This document shows positions 8,174 to 17,638 of a DNA stretch of 32,000 bases, piece after piece. Within the stretch, counting starts at the first letter, position 1. The number at the start of each line of letters is the position of its first letter. A program made the position numbers and the translations under genes. The stretch comes from an uncultured archaeon. Its GTDB lineage: Archaea; Asgardarchaeota; Thorarchaeia; Thorarchaeales; Thorarchaeaceae. The notes beneath the pieces were generated by a model that made no database searches, was not told the DNA's origin, and saw only the letters and a program-made list of their open reading frames with translations. The stretch spans positions 78,016-110,015 of the forward strand of contig CAYHAA010000010.1 of assembly GCA_964354495.1 (NCBI GenBank), read 5' to 3'.

Positions 8174-9637
8174 ATGTCGTGTGACAGCCTCATGACGGAT
8201 TCCAGCATGTCGACCTATCCAGATGTCGGAGAGATTTACAGAAGACTCGACGCCCTGATGCAATTGCCCGTTCACGGGATCAGACCGGACGCGATGACAA
8301 AATACCTGAAATACTTCGACACTCATTGTACGAAGTCGAAGGAGATTGTCACAAAGGCCCGGGAGTTCATACCCGGCGGCGTCCAGCACAACCTGGCATT
8401 CAATCACCCATTTCCCATCGTGATAGAGAAGGCAGATGGGGCGTATCTGTGGGATATCGACGGCAACAGATACATCGACTTCCTTCAGGCTGGCGGTCCC
8501 ACCATGCTGGGCAGTAACTACAAACCCGTGCGTGACAAGATTATCGAGCTCATCAATGAGCAGGCACCGGTGACCGGTCTGTTCTCAGAGTACGAGCTCC
8601 TGCTTGCAGAGGAAATCAACAGGCACGTGCCCTCAGTCGAGTTGTTCCGTATGCTGGGAAGTGGAACTGAGGCAGTGATGGCTGCGGCCCGCGTTGCTCG
8701 TCTGGCAAGCAAACGAAAGAAAGTGATCAAGCTCGGAGGTGCATACCATGGTTGGAGTGACCAGATGGTCTACGGACTCCATATTCCTGGCACACGCGGG
8801 TTCGAGGCTCACGGCATTCCCAAGAGCTACAGGAAGCACACTCAGGAGGTCTATCCAAACAGCATTAGCGCTCTGAAGAAGAATCTCTCTGTGAACAAGC
8901 TGAAAGGAGGAACAGCTGCAGTCATCATCGAGCCGATGGGGCCAGAATCCGGTACTCGTCCGGTAGACCGTGAGTACAACAAGCAGGTCCGAGAACTATG
9001 CGACCAGCATGATGTCTTTCTCATATTCGACGAGGTAGTGACATTCGGAAGGATTGGACTATCTGGTGCCCAGGGCTACTTCGGTATCAAACCCGACTTG
9101 ACCGTCTTTGGAAAGGTGGTGGCAGGCGGATATCCCGGTGCAGGTGGGCTGGGAGGAAGGAGAGATATCATGGAACACCTCGCAGCCGGAATAGAGAGCG
9201 GAAAGAAGAGGGCCTATGTTGGAGGCACACTGGCAGCAAGTCCAATCAGTTCAGCGGCTGGATACTACGCCATTCAGGAGATTGAGAGGACGAATGCCTG
9301 CCAGAAGGCAGGACGTGCAGGCGACCGTATGACTGTTGGTCTTGAGAAGCTCATCGAAGAGCGGAACCTGCCCTATGTGGCGTACAATCAGGGTGCGATA
9401 TGTCACCTTGAAACTGTTGGAGCGATGTTTGTGAAATTGAATTATCTGAAAATCCGCTCTGTGCTCAAGGAGATTAAAGAGAGGAAGTTCGCAATGGAGG
9501 AGATGGGCGCGGCCTACATGGCGGAGGGTGTCATAACGCTCGGAGGCTCAAGAATGTACACCAGCATGGCTGACACTGACGAGGTCGTGGACGATGCTTT
9601 GACTCGGTTCGCACGAGTCTTCGACACTGCGAAATAA
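8174..9637 (+). CDS. Class III PLP aminotransferase, glutamate-1-semialdehyde aminomutase (HemL)-like; possible 3-aminobutyryl-CoA aminotransferase
   Basis: GAYLWDIDGNRYIDF, SGTEAVMAA, GAYHGWSD, IFDEVVT, TVFGK (PLP lysine) and YVGGT motifs. Confidence 0.9.
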   Translation: MSCDSLMTDSSMSTYPDVGEIYRRLDALMQLPVHGIRPDAMTKYLKYFDTHCTKSKEIVTKAREFIPGGVQHNLAFNHPFPIVIEKADGAYLWDIDGNRYIDFLQAGGPTMLGSNYKPVRDKIIELINEQAPVTGLFSEYELLLAEEINRHVPSVELFRMLGSGTEAVMAAARVARLASKRKKVIKLGGAYHGWSDQMVYGLHIPGTRGFEAHGIPKSYRKHTQEVYPNSISALKKNLSVNKLKGGTAAVIIEPMGPESGTRPVDREYNKQVRELCDQHDVFLIFDEVVTFGRIGLSGAQGYFGIKPDLTVFGKVVAGGYPGAGGLGGRRDIMEHLAAGIESGKKRAYVGGTLAASPISSAAGYYAIQEIERTNACQKAGRAGDRMTVGLEKLIEERNLPYVAYNQGAICHLETVGAMFVKLNYLKIRSVLKEIKERKFAMEEMGAAYMAEGVITLGGSRMYTSMADTDEVVDDALTRFARVFDTAK

Positions 9638-9766
9638 CGTGAGGGAATCAGTGCAGTAGATGTAGACCAAGCAGGGCGACTGGTCTGCGATGAGGGAAAA
9701 GATTCAGCCCAAGTATCAGGTAGAATATGCCAAGATACTATCACAAAACAAGAGTGGACGGTTTCT

Positions 9767-10234
9767 CTATCTCATTGTTCCAGCATTCACTGATTTCGAC
9801 CAGATAATCTCAGGATGAGAATCATCTGTGAATGATTGAAACTTATCATATGTCACAAGATGCATCCTGAGGCTGTCAATGCATGCTTTCAGTTTGGATT
9901 CGCTGTCAGGATGACCTAGACTGAATGAGTTGGGTTCTAGAGGGCGACCATGCTTGAATGCAGTGTAGAAACACGCTTCAATTCCTTTTGCCCCGAGGCT
10001 GTGGGCCCGTTGACCGACAGTCATAATGAGATCGAGATCTTCCTGAGTTTCAATCGCCATATAGTATGCAGGGCGAAGTGGATGCGATCTGTCGGTGAAC
10101 TTGACGATGCGAGAACCCTCAGGAAATTCAGCCCCTAAGCAGCTGTTGCATCTCCACTTGCCGCCCTCACTGGACAGGTCATAGACATACTGCAGGTTTT
10201 CAGTGGATCCACATACACCACATTGATTGGTCAT
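9767..10234 (-). CDS. Hypothetical protein with N-terminal CxxC...CxxC zinc ribbon
   Basis: CGVC and CNSC pairs; 155 aa open frame. Confidence 0.55.
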   Translation of the reverse strand: MTNQCGVCGSTENLQYVYDLSSEGGKWRCNSCLGAEFPEGSRIVKFTDRSHPLRPAYYMAIETQEDLDLIMTVGQRAHSLGAKGIEACFYTAFKHGRPLEPNSFSLGHPDSESKLKACIDSLRMHLVTYDKFQSFTDDSHPEIIWSKSVNAGTMR

Positions 10235-10470
10235 ATCATCGTCCCACTGTCTTCTTTAACAGGAGAAAGGAAAGAAACCAAAGAACAAGAGTTGTTATGT
10301 TCTCTGCGTGTTACAGACAAAACTGGGTGTTTGAGCTTCTTAGCCCAAATAGTTGGTGCAGAGATACAGACTGCCAAACGACTATGGACCATTGCCACTG
10401 TAGAACCGCACTCAGAATTCGTCTGTGATGATACATACCTACTGAGAATCAAGACCGAGTATGATTTGTC

Positions 10471-11301
10471 TTACTTTGGACTACTGAGTCCCAATATCCT
10501 CCGCGTATCGTCTGGCTTGGCCACTTCGCGACCCAGTGTTTCAGCCAAGCGCCGAATCCTGGCTACAAAATCCTGATTGGGAGCAAGCAGGCCCTTCGAC
10601 AAGTAGATGTTGTCTTCAAGCCCGACTCGGACATGCCCACCAATACTGACAGACAGACTTGTCATGTTGAGCTGGCATTTGCCAACTCCGGCCACTGTGA
10701 ATATAGATTGTTCTGGCAGTTGTCTGGTCATATGAATGAGATTCTCGGTCGTCCCTGGAATACCACCATCAACACCCATGACCAATTGGAATGCGGAGGG
10801 TTTCTCAATCAGCCCCTGCTGTAGCAGCTTGGTGCCCTGATGAATGAAACCAACGTCAAAAGCCTCCAGCTCTGGCTTGATCTTCAGCTGCTGCATCTTC
10901 GTGGCAAGGAATGTCACGGTTTCCCAGCTGTTGATGTACACACGCGAGGGTTTTCGTCCGGCGAAGTTCAACGAATTGGTGGTTAGACTCGCCATTTCGG
11001 GTTTTGCCCTGAGAGGCCAGGCGCGTTCCTCATCAGACTTCCCAGCTACACCGCTGGTCGAAACCATCACAACGAGACCTGTCCGTTTACGTATCTTGTC
11101 CACGGTCTCCTTGAAGAGATGAGAGTCGGACGTAGGTGCTTCACTCTCGTCACGACAGTGCACATGGACGATGGAGGCGCCTTCCTGCTCACAGAGATAC
11201 GCTGCCTCCGCAATCTCATCCGGTGTAGTGGGGAGATATGGTGTGTCCTTCTTTGTAGGAACGGATCCTGTAGGCGCCACAGTGATTATCAGCTTCTCCA
11301 A
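10471..11301 (-). CDS. kce: 3-keto-5-aminohexanoate cleavage enzyme family (BKACE/DUF849)
   Basis: IITVAPTG, zinc-binding HVH (ASIVHVHCRD), PEMASL...NF, KPELEAFD and GGHVRVGLEDN motifs. Confidence 0.92.
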   Translation of the reverse strand: MEKLIITVAPTGSVPTKKDTPYLPTTPDEIAEAAYLCEQEGASIVHVHCRDESEAPTSDSHLFKETVDKIRKRTGLVVMVSTSGVAGKSDEERAWPLRAKPEMASLTTNSLNFAGRKPSRVYINSWETVTFLATKMQQLKIKPELEAFDVGFIHQGTKLLQQGLIEKPSAFQLVMGVDGGIPGTTENLIHMTRQLPEQSIFTVAGVGKCQLNMTSLSVSIGGHVRVGLEDNIYLSKGLLAPNQDFVARIRRLAETLGREVAKPDDTRRILGLSSPK

Positions 11302-11472
11302 CGATGAGCCTCCTCAGATACAAGGCAATACTAGAGGGCGGTATGAGGAATACTTGTATCTTAACTTACTGATTCTACACAGTGACTAAATGCCATGAGA
11401 AAGTTTCTATGGGACTCGTATCTTGATTATGGGGTAACATGCGTGAAACCCGGAGAGTGAGAAGGTGGTAGT

Positions 11473-12762
11473 ATGCTCCTAGCAACGGTCAGCAAGAAGA
11501 CGAAGCACTCAGCAACGTTAGCCATGAACGAAATGGTGACGCAACTTCGAAAGAGCGGAAAAGAAGTGTACCACCTGGGTTTTGGCGAATCACCGTTTCC
11601 AATTCATCCCATCATCCAGAAGGCGTTGCGTGACAACGCAGACCAGAGGAGCTATCTCCCCACTCAGGGTATCCTACCCCTTCGCGAGCAGATCTGTAAG
11701 TTCTATGAGAAGATGTTTGGATTGTATATTGCACCAGAACAGATCATTGTAGGACCGGGGAGCAAGATACTACTCTATAATGCAATGATGGCACTTCAAG
11801 GACCACTCTTCGTCCCTACTCCCTCGTGGGTGAGTTATGATGAGCAAGCCCGGCTCTTGGGCAAGGAGGTATACTATGTCAGCACGAGCTCAGACACGTC
11901 GTATTTGATGACTGCGGAGGTCTTCGAAAATGCGCTTCGAAAGCACAGCTCTGGTTCCGAGAAGCAGCGACTGCTGGTCATAAACTATCCATGCAATCCA
12001 ACTGGACAGAGTTACTCCGCAGCACAACTGAAAGAGTTGGCTGATGTGGCACGACAAAATGACATCGTTGTCTTATCAGATGAGATCTATGCACTTCTGA
12101 CATTTCAGAGCCATGAGCATCATAGCATTGCCGAGTATTATCCTGAGGGCACCTTGGTAACGGGAGGTCTCTCCAAGGACCGGTCAGCAGGAGGATTCCG
12201 GGTTGGTGTAATCATACTTCCACCACAGGAACATGAACTACGAAACGCCATGCTCACAATGGCAAGCAACATCTGGTCTTGTGTGGCTGCGCCCATACAG
12301 TATGCTGCTGTCGAGGCATACAGACCGAACCAAGAGATTTCAGACTATATCAGAGACTGTACCGCAGTCCATGAGATTGTGACAACACATCTTCATCAAA
12401 AGCTCAAGAGTTTCGACGTCAGGTGCCCTGCTCCTCAGGGAGCATTCTATCTATTTCCAGACTGGAATAAAGACCGCAAGATCTTAGCCGCCAAAGGGAT
12501 CAAGACATCGATGAATCTCTCGAAATCACTTCTCCAGGATTGGGGTATCGCTACACTGCCAGGATCAGATTTTGGCATGTCCCCATCGGAACTCTGTATT
12601 CGAATCGCCACAGTCGACTATGACGGAGAGTTCGCTTTGAAACAGTACGTAGGAAACAGACAGAAGGCGAGGAGCAGTCCCGACTTGTTTGTCAACAAAG
12701 TGGCACCGCGTCTAATCACAGCTATGGGCCGTCTTCAGAAATTCACAGAGTCATTCAGGTAA
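11473..12762 (+). CDS. Class I/II PLP aminotransferase (aspartate aminotransferase-like)
   Basis: LGFGESPF, PSWVSY, INYPCNPTG, SDEIY, GGLSK...GGFRVG and PQGAFY motifs. Confidence 0.92.
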   Translation: MLLATVSKKTKHSATLAMNEMVTQLRKSGKEVYHLGFGESPFPIHPIIQKALRDNADQRSYLPTQGILPLREQICKFYEKMFGLYIAPEQIIVGPGSKILLYNAMMALQGPLFVPTPSWVSYDEQARLLGKEVYYVSTSSDTSYLMTAEVFENALRKHSSGSEKQRLLVINYPCNPTGQSYSAAQLKELADVARQNDIVVLSDEIYALLTFQSHEHHSIAEYYPEGTLVTGGLSKDRSAGGFRVGVIILPPQEHELRNAMLTMASNIWSCVAAPIQYAAVEAYRPNQEISDYIRDCTAVHEIVTTHLHQKLKSFDVRCPAPQGAFYLFPDWNKDRKILAAKGIKTSMNLSKSLLQDWGIATLPGSDFGMSPSELCIRIATVDYDGEFALKQYVGNRQKARSSPDLFVNKVAPRLITAMGRLQKFTESFR

Positions 12763-13064
12763 GATCACTACGTAAAGTGAAACTTTCTCCAAGGCTATTT
12801 TCGAATGCATGTGAAGGCCGAAGCATATGACTCAGCGAACAATTGACTTGGCGGCAACAACAAATGAAACTGAGTAGCGAGTAATCCTATCTCTTCTTAC
12901 CTGTTCTTGCTTTCCTCTTTATGGGCGGTATCGGCCCGGCCATAGATCCTATGTTTCCGGGCTGATATGAATCATCAACTTGTTTCTTGCCACTCTTACT
13001 CATTAATCAGCCTCCTAGTTCTTCGTCGTCCTTCCCTTTTGTTGATACTCCTCGGCATCCTCAT

Positions 13065-13100
13065 AGGGAACAATAATAGGATTGTTCCCTTTGCTTTTTA
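13065..13100. terminator. Perfect 10-bp stem hairpin followed by a T-rich tract, between convergent genes
   Basis: AGGGAACAAT (13065-13074), loop AATAGG, ATTGTTCCCT (13081-13090), then TTGCTTTTTA. Confidence 0.4.
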
Positions 13101-13146
13101 GTTCATCTATTCTATCATCGCTTGCTCAAAATCCAAGTCAAAAAAA

Positions 13147-14307
13147 CTAGATGAATCGGTCCATCAGGCTGTCAACAACAAGGTCGATGTTCTGAGCGGT
13201 TATACCTTGGTCTAGCGCAATCTGACGAGTCCTCTCAAGCCTTCTTTCGTCATTCATATCGCCCAGTCCGTCGAAGAACCCGAGCCTTCTTCCAAGCCGG
13301 AATAGTAGCTGCTGCTCAGGAGTCATAGCCAGAAATTCACGAAGTATGGAGAGCATTCGCTCCTTGTCGTCAGGAAGTCTTCCCTCTAGGTCAGCAAAGA
13401 GGTTGAGAATGTGGTCACTCAGAATCATACTCGTGATTCCCTCAAGTCCTTCAATGAAGAGGAGCAGCTCTCTGGCAATCTCGATATCATTGCATTTTGT
13501 GAAATTCCCCTCTTCCTGTTTCACGTATAGAGGAGCTCTCGAAGTAACAGCAAGAGGTCTGAGTCTAATGAAGTCCGCATTGATCTGATTCAGAGCGTCT
13601 GCAGTCTCGTTTGCGTGCACGGAAGAGAGTCCTCTTCCGCCCAGACCAGGCATGACATACTCAGAGAGCTCAAATCCGACTCTCTTCGTCATGACACCAG
13701 CACGTACATGCATGTCCTTCGTCGCTCCTTTCTTGACAAGACGGAGAACAGCATCCGATCCTGACTCGAGTCCCACATGGATTCTATCCAGTCCAGCATC
13801 CTTGATTGTCCTTAGTCCATCCTCACCAACCTTCAAGATGGTGCTTGAGCGGGAATACGATGTCACGCGGTCAATCCAGGGGAACCTATCATGAAGATGC
13901 TTGAGGATGGTAGCAAGATTCTCAGCACCGATAACAAGTGAGTCTGAGTCCTGTAAGAAGACAGACTGCATCCCATCACTATACCACTTGAGCGCATAAT
14001 CGAAGGCGGGAAGCTCAATAGGATTCACACTCTGAGTGAGTGACCATAGTTGCTGTGCAGATATCTCATAGGGAGACTTGAAAGAATCACGAATGGTGGT
14101 GAGATGCTTGCTGAGCAAGTCTATGTCGGAGATCACTTCCTCAACAGCTCTGGCTGAGAATTCCTTGTTCTTATAGACTGGACAAAAGGTGCAGCGGTTC
14201 CATTGGCAGTTTCTAGTGACTCGAATCAGTAGGCTCTTTGCTTCGCTCGGAGGGCGAATTGGTCCAACCTCAAAACTGATGGGTTCACTCACTGCAAACA
14301 CTGACAC
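13147..14307 (-). CDS. Radical SAM protein
   Basis: IRPPSE...CQWNRCTFC cluster motif, FLQDSD, GLESGSD and YVMPGLGG motifs. Confidence 0.9.
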   Translation of the reverse strand: MSVFAVSEPISFEVGPIRPPSEAKSLLIRVTRNCQWNRCTFCPVYKNKEFSARAVEEVISDIDLLSKHLTTIRDSFKSPYEISAQQLWSLTQSVNPIELPAFDYALKWYSDGMQSVFLQDSDSLVIGAENLATILKHLHDRFPWIDRVTSYSRSSTILKVGEDGLRTIKDAGLDRIHVGLESGSDAVLRLVKKGATKDMHVRAGVMTKRVGFELSEYVMPGLGGRGLSSVHANETADALNQINADFIRLRPLAVTSRAPLYVKQEEGNFTKCNDIEIARELLLFIEGLEGITSMILSDHILNLFADLEGRLPDDKERMLSILREFLAMTPEQQLLFRLGRRLGFFDGLGDMNDERRLERTRQIALDQGITAQNIDLVVDSLMDRFI

Positions 14308-14450
14308 TTGACCGATTTGTTATTGTATTGTGTTGTTCTGTGATACACATATCTGTTCCTCAAGAGTACATTAATGGACTCTGGGAGTCTTGATGAGCGT
14401 CCCAACAGAAGAGCTTAATTCGCCGGTTAGTTCAACATTCGGTAGGTGGT

Positions 14451-15116
14451 TTGCCAATGAAAGCAGAAAGACCAATCTGTTGTAAGGAACTCATGAAAGC
14501 AGATGTTCTCGATTCGAAGGGTCAGAAGATAGGCAGAATCGGTGATCTGACTTTCAAATTCGATGGAGAGCTGAAACTATCAAAATTCATCTTGGCTGGT
14601 CCCCGGTGGGAGGAACTGCTTGAGTCACTGAAAATCAAGAAAGACAGAGATCCAGTGTTTGATGGTTCCAAGATTAGGCAGATTGGCGACAATGTGCATC
14701 TTGATACGTCCATCAATGAACTCAAGACCACCCTTGACAAGGATGCCATTCCTAAGGGAGACATTAGGTACTCAGCACTGGAAAAGATGGAGATCATTGA
14801 CAAGCACGGGAAGAAAGTCGGCCACGCACTTGATGTGGATTTCGATGTGACAGGTGCTGTGTCGATGATTGCAGGCGGAGGCCTCATCGAGGAGAAGCTT
14901 GAGGCGTCGGGGCTGAAAGCAGACGTAGATGTCATCGTGCCGGGAGATGTCATCTCCTCAATCACTGACAAGATTCATCTCAAAGTCTCCAAAGATGAAC
15001 TTGCGAGAACAATGGAACAGGCTATCAAGACCGATAGGGCAAAGAAGGCACGAGATACGAAGCAAGTGGCTCAGCAAGTGACAAAGGTCAGACTGTTTAC
15101 ACAACGGCCGATGTAG
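14451..15116 (+). CDS. Tandem PRC-barrel domain protein
   Basis: Two repeats: DVLDSKGQKIGRIGDL and EIIDKHGKKVGHALDV. Confidence 0.8.
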   Translation: MPMKAERPICCKELMKADVLDSKGQKIGRIGDLTFKFDGELKLSKFILAGPRWEELLESLKIKKDRDPVFDGSKIRQIGDNVHLDTSINELKTTLDKDAIPKGDIRYSALEKMEIIDKHGKKVGHALDVDFDVTGAVSMIAGGGLIEEKLEASGLKADVDVIVPGDVISSITDKIHLKVSKDELARTMEQAIKTDRAKKARDTKQVAQQVTKVRLFTQRPM

Positions 15117-15202
15117 TACGCAGCATCTCGGCTCCGGCATCCTCTGAGTGATTGCCCTCAAGCCTATTTGGATGTCCAAAATGACGTCGGGAAGTATCTA
15201 AA

Positions 15203-16960
15203 GTGATTCGGAAAAGGTATGCAGCATTACTGATCCTCCTCGTTATTCTCTCGCTCTCGCTCTACGCAAGCTGGCATAGTCGAAGAGCCTTTGGCGATAT
15301 CGTTATTGAAAAACAGGATATTGTGAGGAGCAATGGAAGAACCGTCAGTTTCAGAGTCTATCAACCATCAGTCATCACTTATGGCGAGCCACTTCCAGCA
15401 GTCCTCACAATTCATGGCATCTCCAGTTCGGGAGCGATGATGGACGCGTACAACATCGAACTTGCGAGAAGGAATTTTACAGTCGTGTCGGTGGACTTAG
15501 CAGGGCATGGTAGGTCTGCAGAGCGATTTGGCTTTGATACATTCTTTGAGGGAGTAATGGATGCCTACGAGGCCGTCAGGTATGTACAGCTGAACGATCC
15601 AGAAACCAGTGATGCGGTCTATGGCGTACTGGGTCACTCTCTGGGTGCTGGCGTTTCACTTCTCTTCAACAACATGACAGTGACCCCATCCTGCACAGTG
15701 ATTATTGGGGGAGGTATGGGAATGGAATTCGGAGGGCTTTCTCTGACGATTGATGAACTTACTCCGAAGAATCTCATGATTGCCTCAGGAATCTATGATG
15801 AGCTGGTAACGCAGGAAGTAGCACTTGATACGCTGAGGTCTGCAACTGGACTTGCTGACCCAATCGCCGGTGTGACCTATGGAAACTTTACCGAGGGGAC
15901 TGCTAGGAGGCTTGTTTTCAGTCTCACAAATCACCTCTTTGAGATGTCTGATTCAGAGATAGTCACTGAGTCTGTCGACTGGCTTGGAAGATCGCTCCAA
16001 GGAGAGGGTCAGGTCGATCTGGCGATGTTGGACCCTTCGCTGCATGTGTACAATATCTGTTCTTTCTTTGACCTGATTGCATCGATCTCTTTTGTTTTCA
16101 CAATCTTCCCGATAGTGCTCATCACATACTATCAACTGCCTGACAGTCATAGACCCAGAAGACTTGATAATCTGCCTGCACCTCTTGGGCAGAAAGCCGC
16201 TGTTAGATACAGTCTTGTAGTTGGTATGGTCACTGCTGCTCTCTTCCTGCTACTAATGCTGCTAGGCTTCGTCTTTGAGTTCGCTGGAGTCACCCTCATC
16301 CCTGTGTCCTTTGGCACCGCCCTGTCACTGATCTCACTCATGACAGCTCTTGTTGTCGTTTGGGTAACCAAGAGATTTCGGGGAAGGGATAGTGCGAAAG
16401 CACTGATGGCAGATCTTCACTCTGGTCGAAATCGCCTCACAGATGATTTCATCAAGACTCTGCTTGTGCTGCTGCCAACGCTCCTCTGGATATTCGCATT
16501 CTCATTCATTGCAAGAGTCGGGCTGGACAATGGAGTCGCGTTCACCTTTGCAGTGGATAGCGGAGCGGCCGTCTTTCGATTCGTCTACATGATGGCTCTT
16601 GTATTCCTCATGTTACCAATCTTCTATACCGATACACTATGGTTGAATTCGTCTGTCGGGACTGTTTCAGGTTGGAGCAATTTGAGAGAACTCATGCGCA
16701 AGACAGGTCGGGCATTGTTCAGTAGACTCATTGGCTTTGCGATTGTAATTGCCTCTCTCTATCTTCCCTTCCTTGCAGGCGTTCAGCTTGGATTCGTCAT
16801 GTTCATTGCATTACTGATGTTGCCTTTTGCAGCCCTATTTGGTCTGACCATACTTGTCACGGTTTGGGTGGGCGGTATCACTAGAACCAACTTTGGCCCA
16901 GCACTAATGAATGCGATACTCTTTGCCATTGTGATAACAAGCACATTCCAGTTAGTTTGA
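15203..16960 (+). CDS. Alpha/beta hydrolase fused to a multi-TM C-terminal domain
   Basis: HGISS oxyanion segment, GHSLG nucleophile elbow, candidate Asp (IYDELV) and His (TNHLFE), and about 8 C-terminal hydrophobic helices. Confidence 0.85.
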   Translation: MIRKRYAALLILLVILSLSLYASWHSRRAFGDIVIEKQDIVRSNGRTVSFRVYQPSVITYGEPLPAVLTIHGISSSGAMMDAYNIELARRNFTVVSVDLAGHGRSAERFGFDTFFEGVMDAYEAVRYVQLNDPETSDAVYGVLGHSLGAGVSLLFNNMTVTPSCTVIIGGGMGMEFGGLSLTIDELTPKNLMIASGIYDELVTQEVALDTLRSATGLADPIAGVTYGNFTEGTARRLVFSLTNHLFEMSDSEIVTESVDWLGRSLQGEGQVDLAMLDPSLHVYNICSFFDLIASISFVFTIFPIVLITYYQLPDSHRPRRLDNLPAPLGQKAAVRYSLVVGMVTAALFLLLMLLGFVFEFAGVTLIPVSFGTALSLISLMTALVVVWVTKRFRGRDSAKALMADLHSGRNRLTDDFIKTLLVLLPTLLWIFAFSFIARVGLDNGVAFTFAVDSGAAVFRFVYMMALVFLMLPIFYTDTLWLNSSVGTVSGWSNLRELMRKTGRALFSRLIGFAIVIASLYLPFLAGVQLGFVMFIALLMLPFAALFGLTILVTVWVGGITRTNFGPALMNAILFAIVITSTFQLV

Positions 16961-16977
16961 TTTCGGAAGCCGCGCCT

Positions 16978-17394
16978 CTATGCAAACCATAGGCTACAGG
17001 CATCAATATGTAATCTAGAGACCACATATTTGCCATACTTGATGAGTGTCGGCACACCGATGGCAATAGCGTACCAGGTAATAGCTACTCGCCAATTGGA
17101 AACCTTCTTCAGTAGTGCTCTTGAGCCAGCTTCTCCATAGTTCATTCTGTACACAATGAATGCTGAGAGGAGTGGTCCCCACACTGCTCCGATTGCAAGA
17201 AAAGGCCAGAGAATGAGGTGGTAGTGTCCCTCAGAGATTAATTGTCCAAAGTCCGCACCTATTCCAAGAGATGTGAGTATAGCATCCATTACAAGCCATC
17301 CACCCCAGGTGATCGAGAAAGCTATGATGTAGAAAATCGGGATGTCATGCTTTTTGAATAGCGCTCTGAGCCGTGATGGTGCCTCTGGGATCAT
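16978..17394 (-). pseudogene. Truncated CPBP (CAAX protease/Abi) family membrane protein, N-terminal part only
   Basis: FYIIAFSITW...GAVWGPLLSAFIV...LLKKVSNWRVAITWY is a typical CPBP N-terminus. The frame ends before any EExxWRG catalytic motif. Confidence 0.65.
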
Positions 17395-17514
17395 TTGTAA
17401 CCACCCATTTCGGCCAAGCTAGTGGTCATATTAGGCATTTCAGCTGAGTATCACTTAGGAATTGCGGGAATCCACAGCGGATTTCAACAAATTCATTCAT
17501 TGATGATACTGGTC

Positions 17515-17638
17515 GAGCGGAGTATTCTCATGCTTCATTGGAGGTCTACTCCGCTCTTGCTGGCAAGCATTTCGAGCCCCTTGCAGATGAGCGCACGAGT
17601 CTCTCGTGCCAAGATAATCTTGTCAGTGTAGCCGAGTC
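17515..17638 (-). pseudogene. pccB/12S 3' fragment, copy F (frameshifted, stop lost)
   Basis: Minus strand reads [26 protein letters not shown], then after a 1-nt shift RSRPPMKHENTPL. Compare [40 protein letters not shown] in copy D. Confidence 0.9.

Noticed and set aside
9640-9720. Minus-strand frame LGLNLFPHRRPVALLGLHLL, loosely like [25 protein letters not shown]
   Set aside because: Gapped, low nucleotide identity and lacking the diagnostic [12 protein letters not shown] tail; plausibly chance.
3351-14351. TGATACACAT shared upstream of the 5S and radical SAM genes
   Set aside because: A 10-mer match is expected many times by chance in 32 kb, and the spacing to the starts differs.
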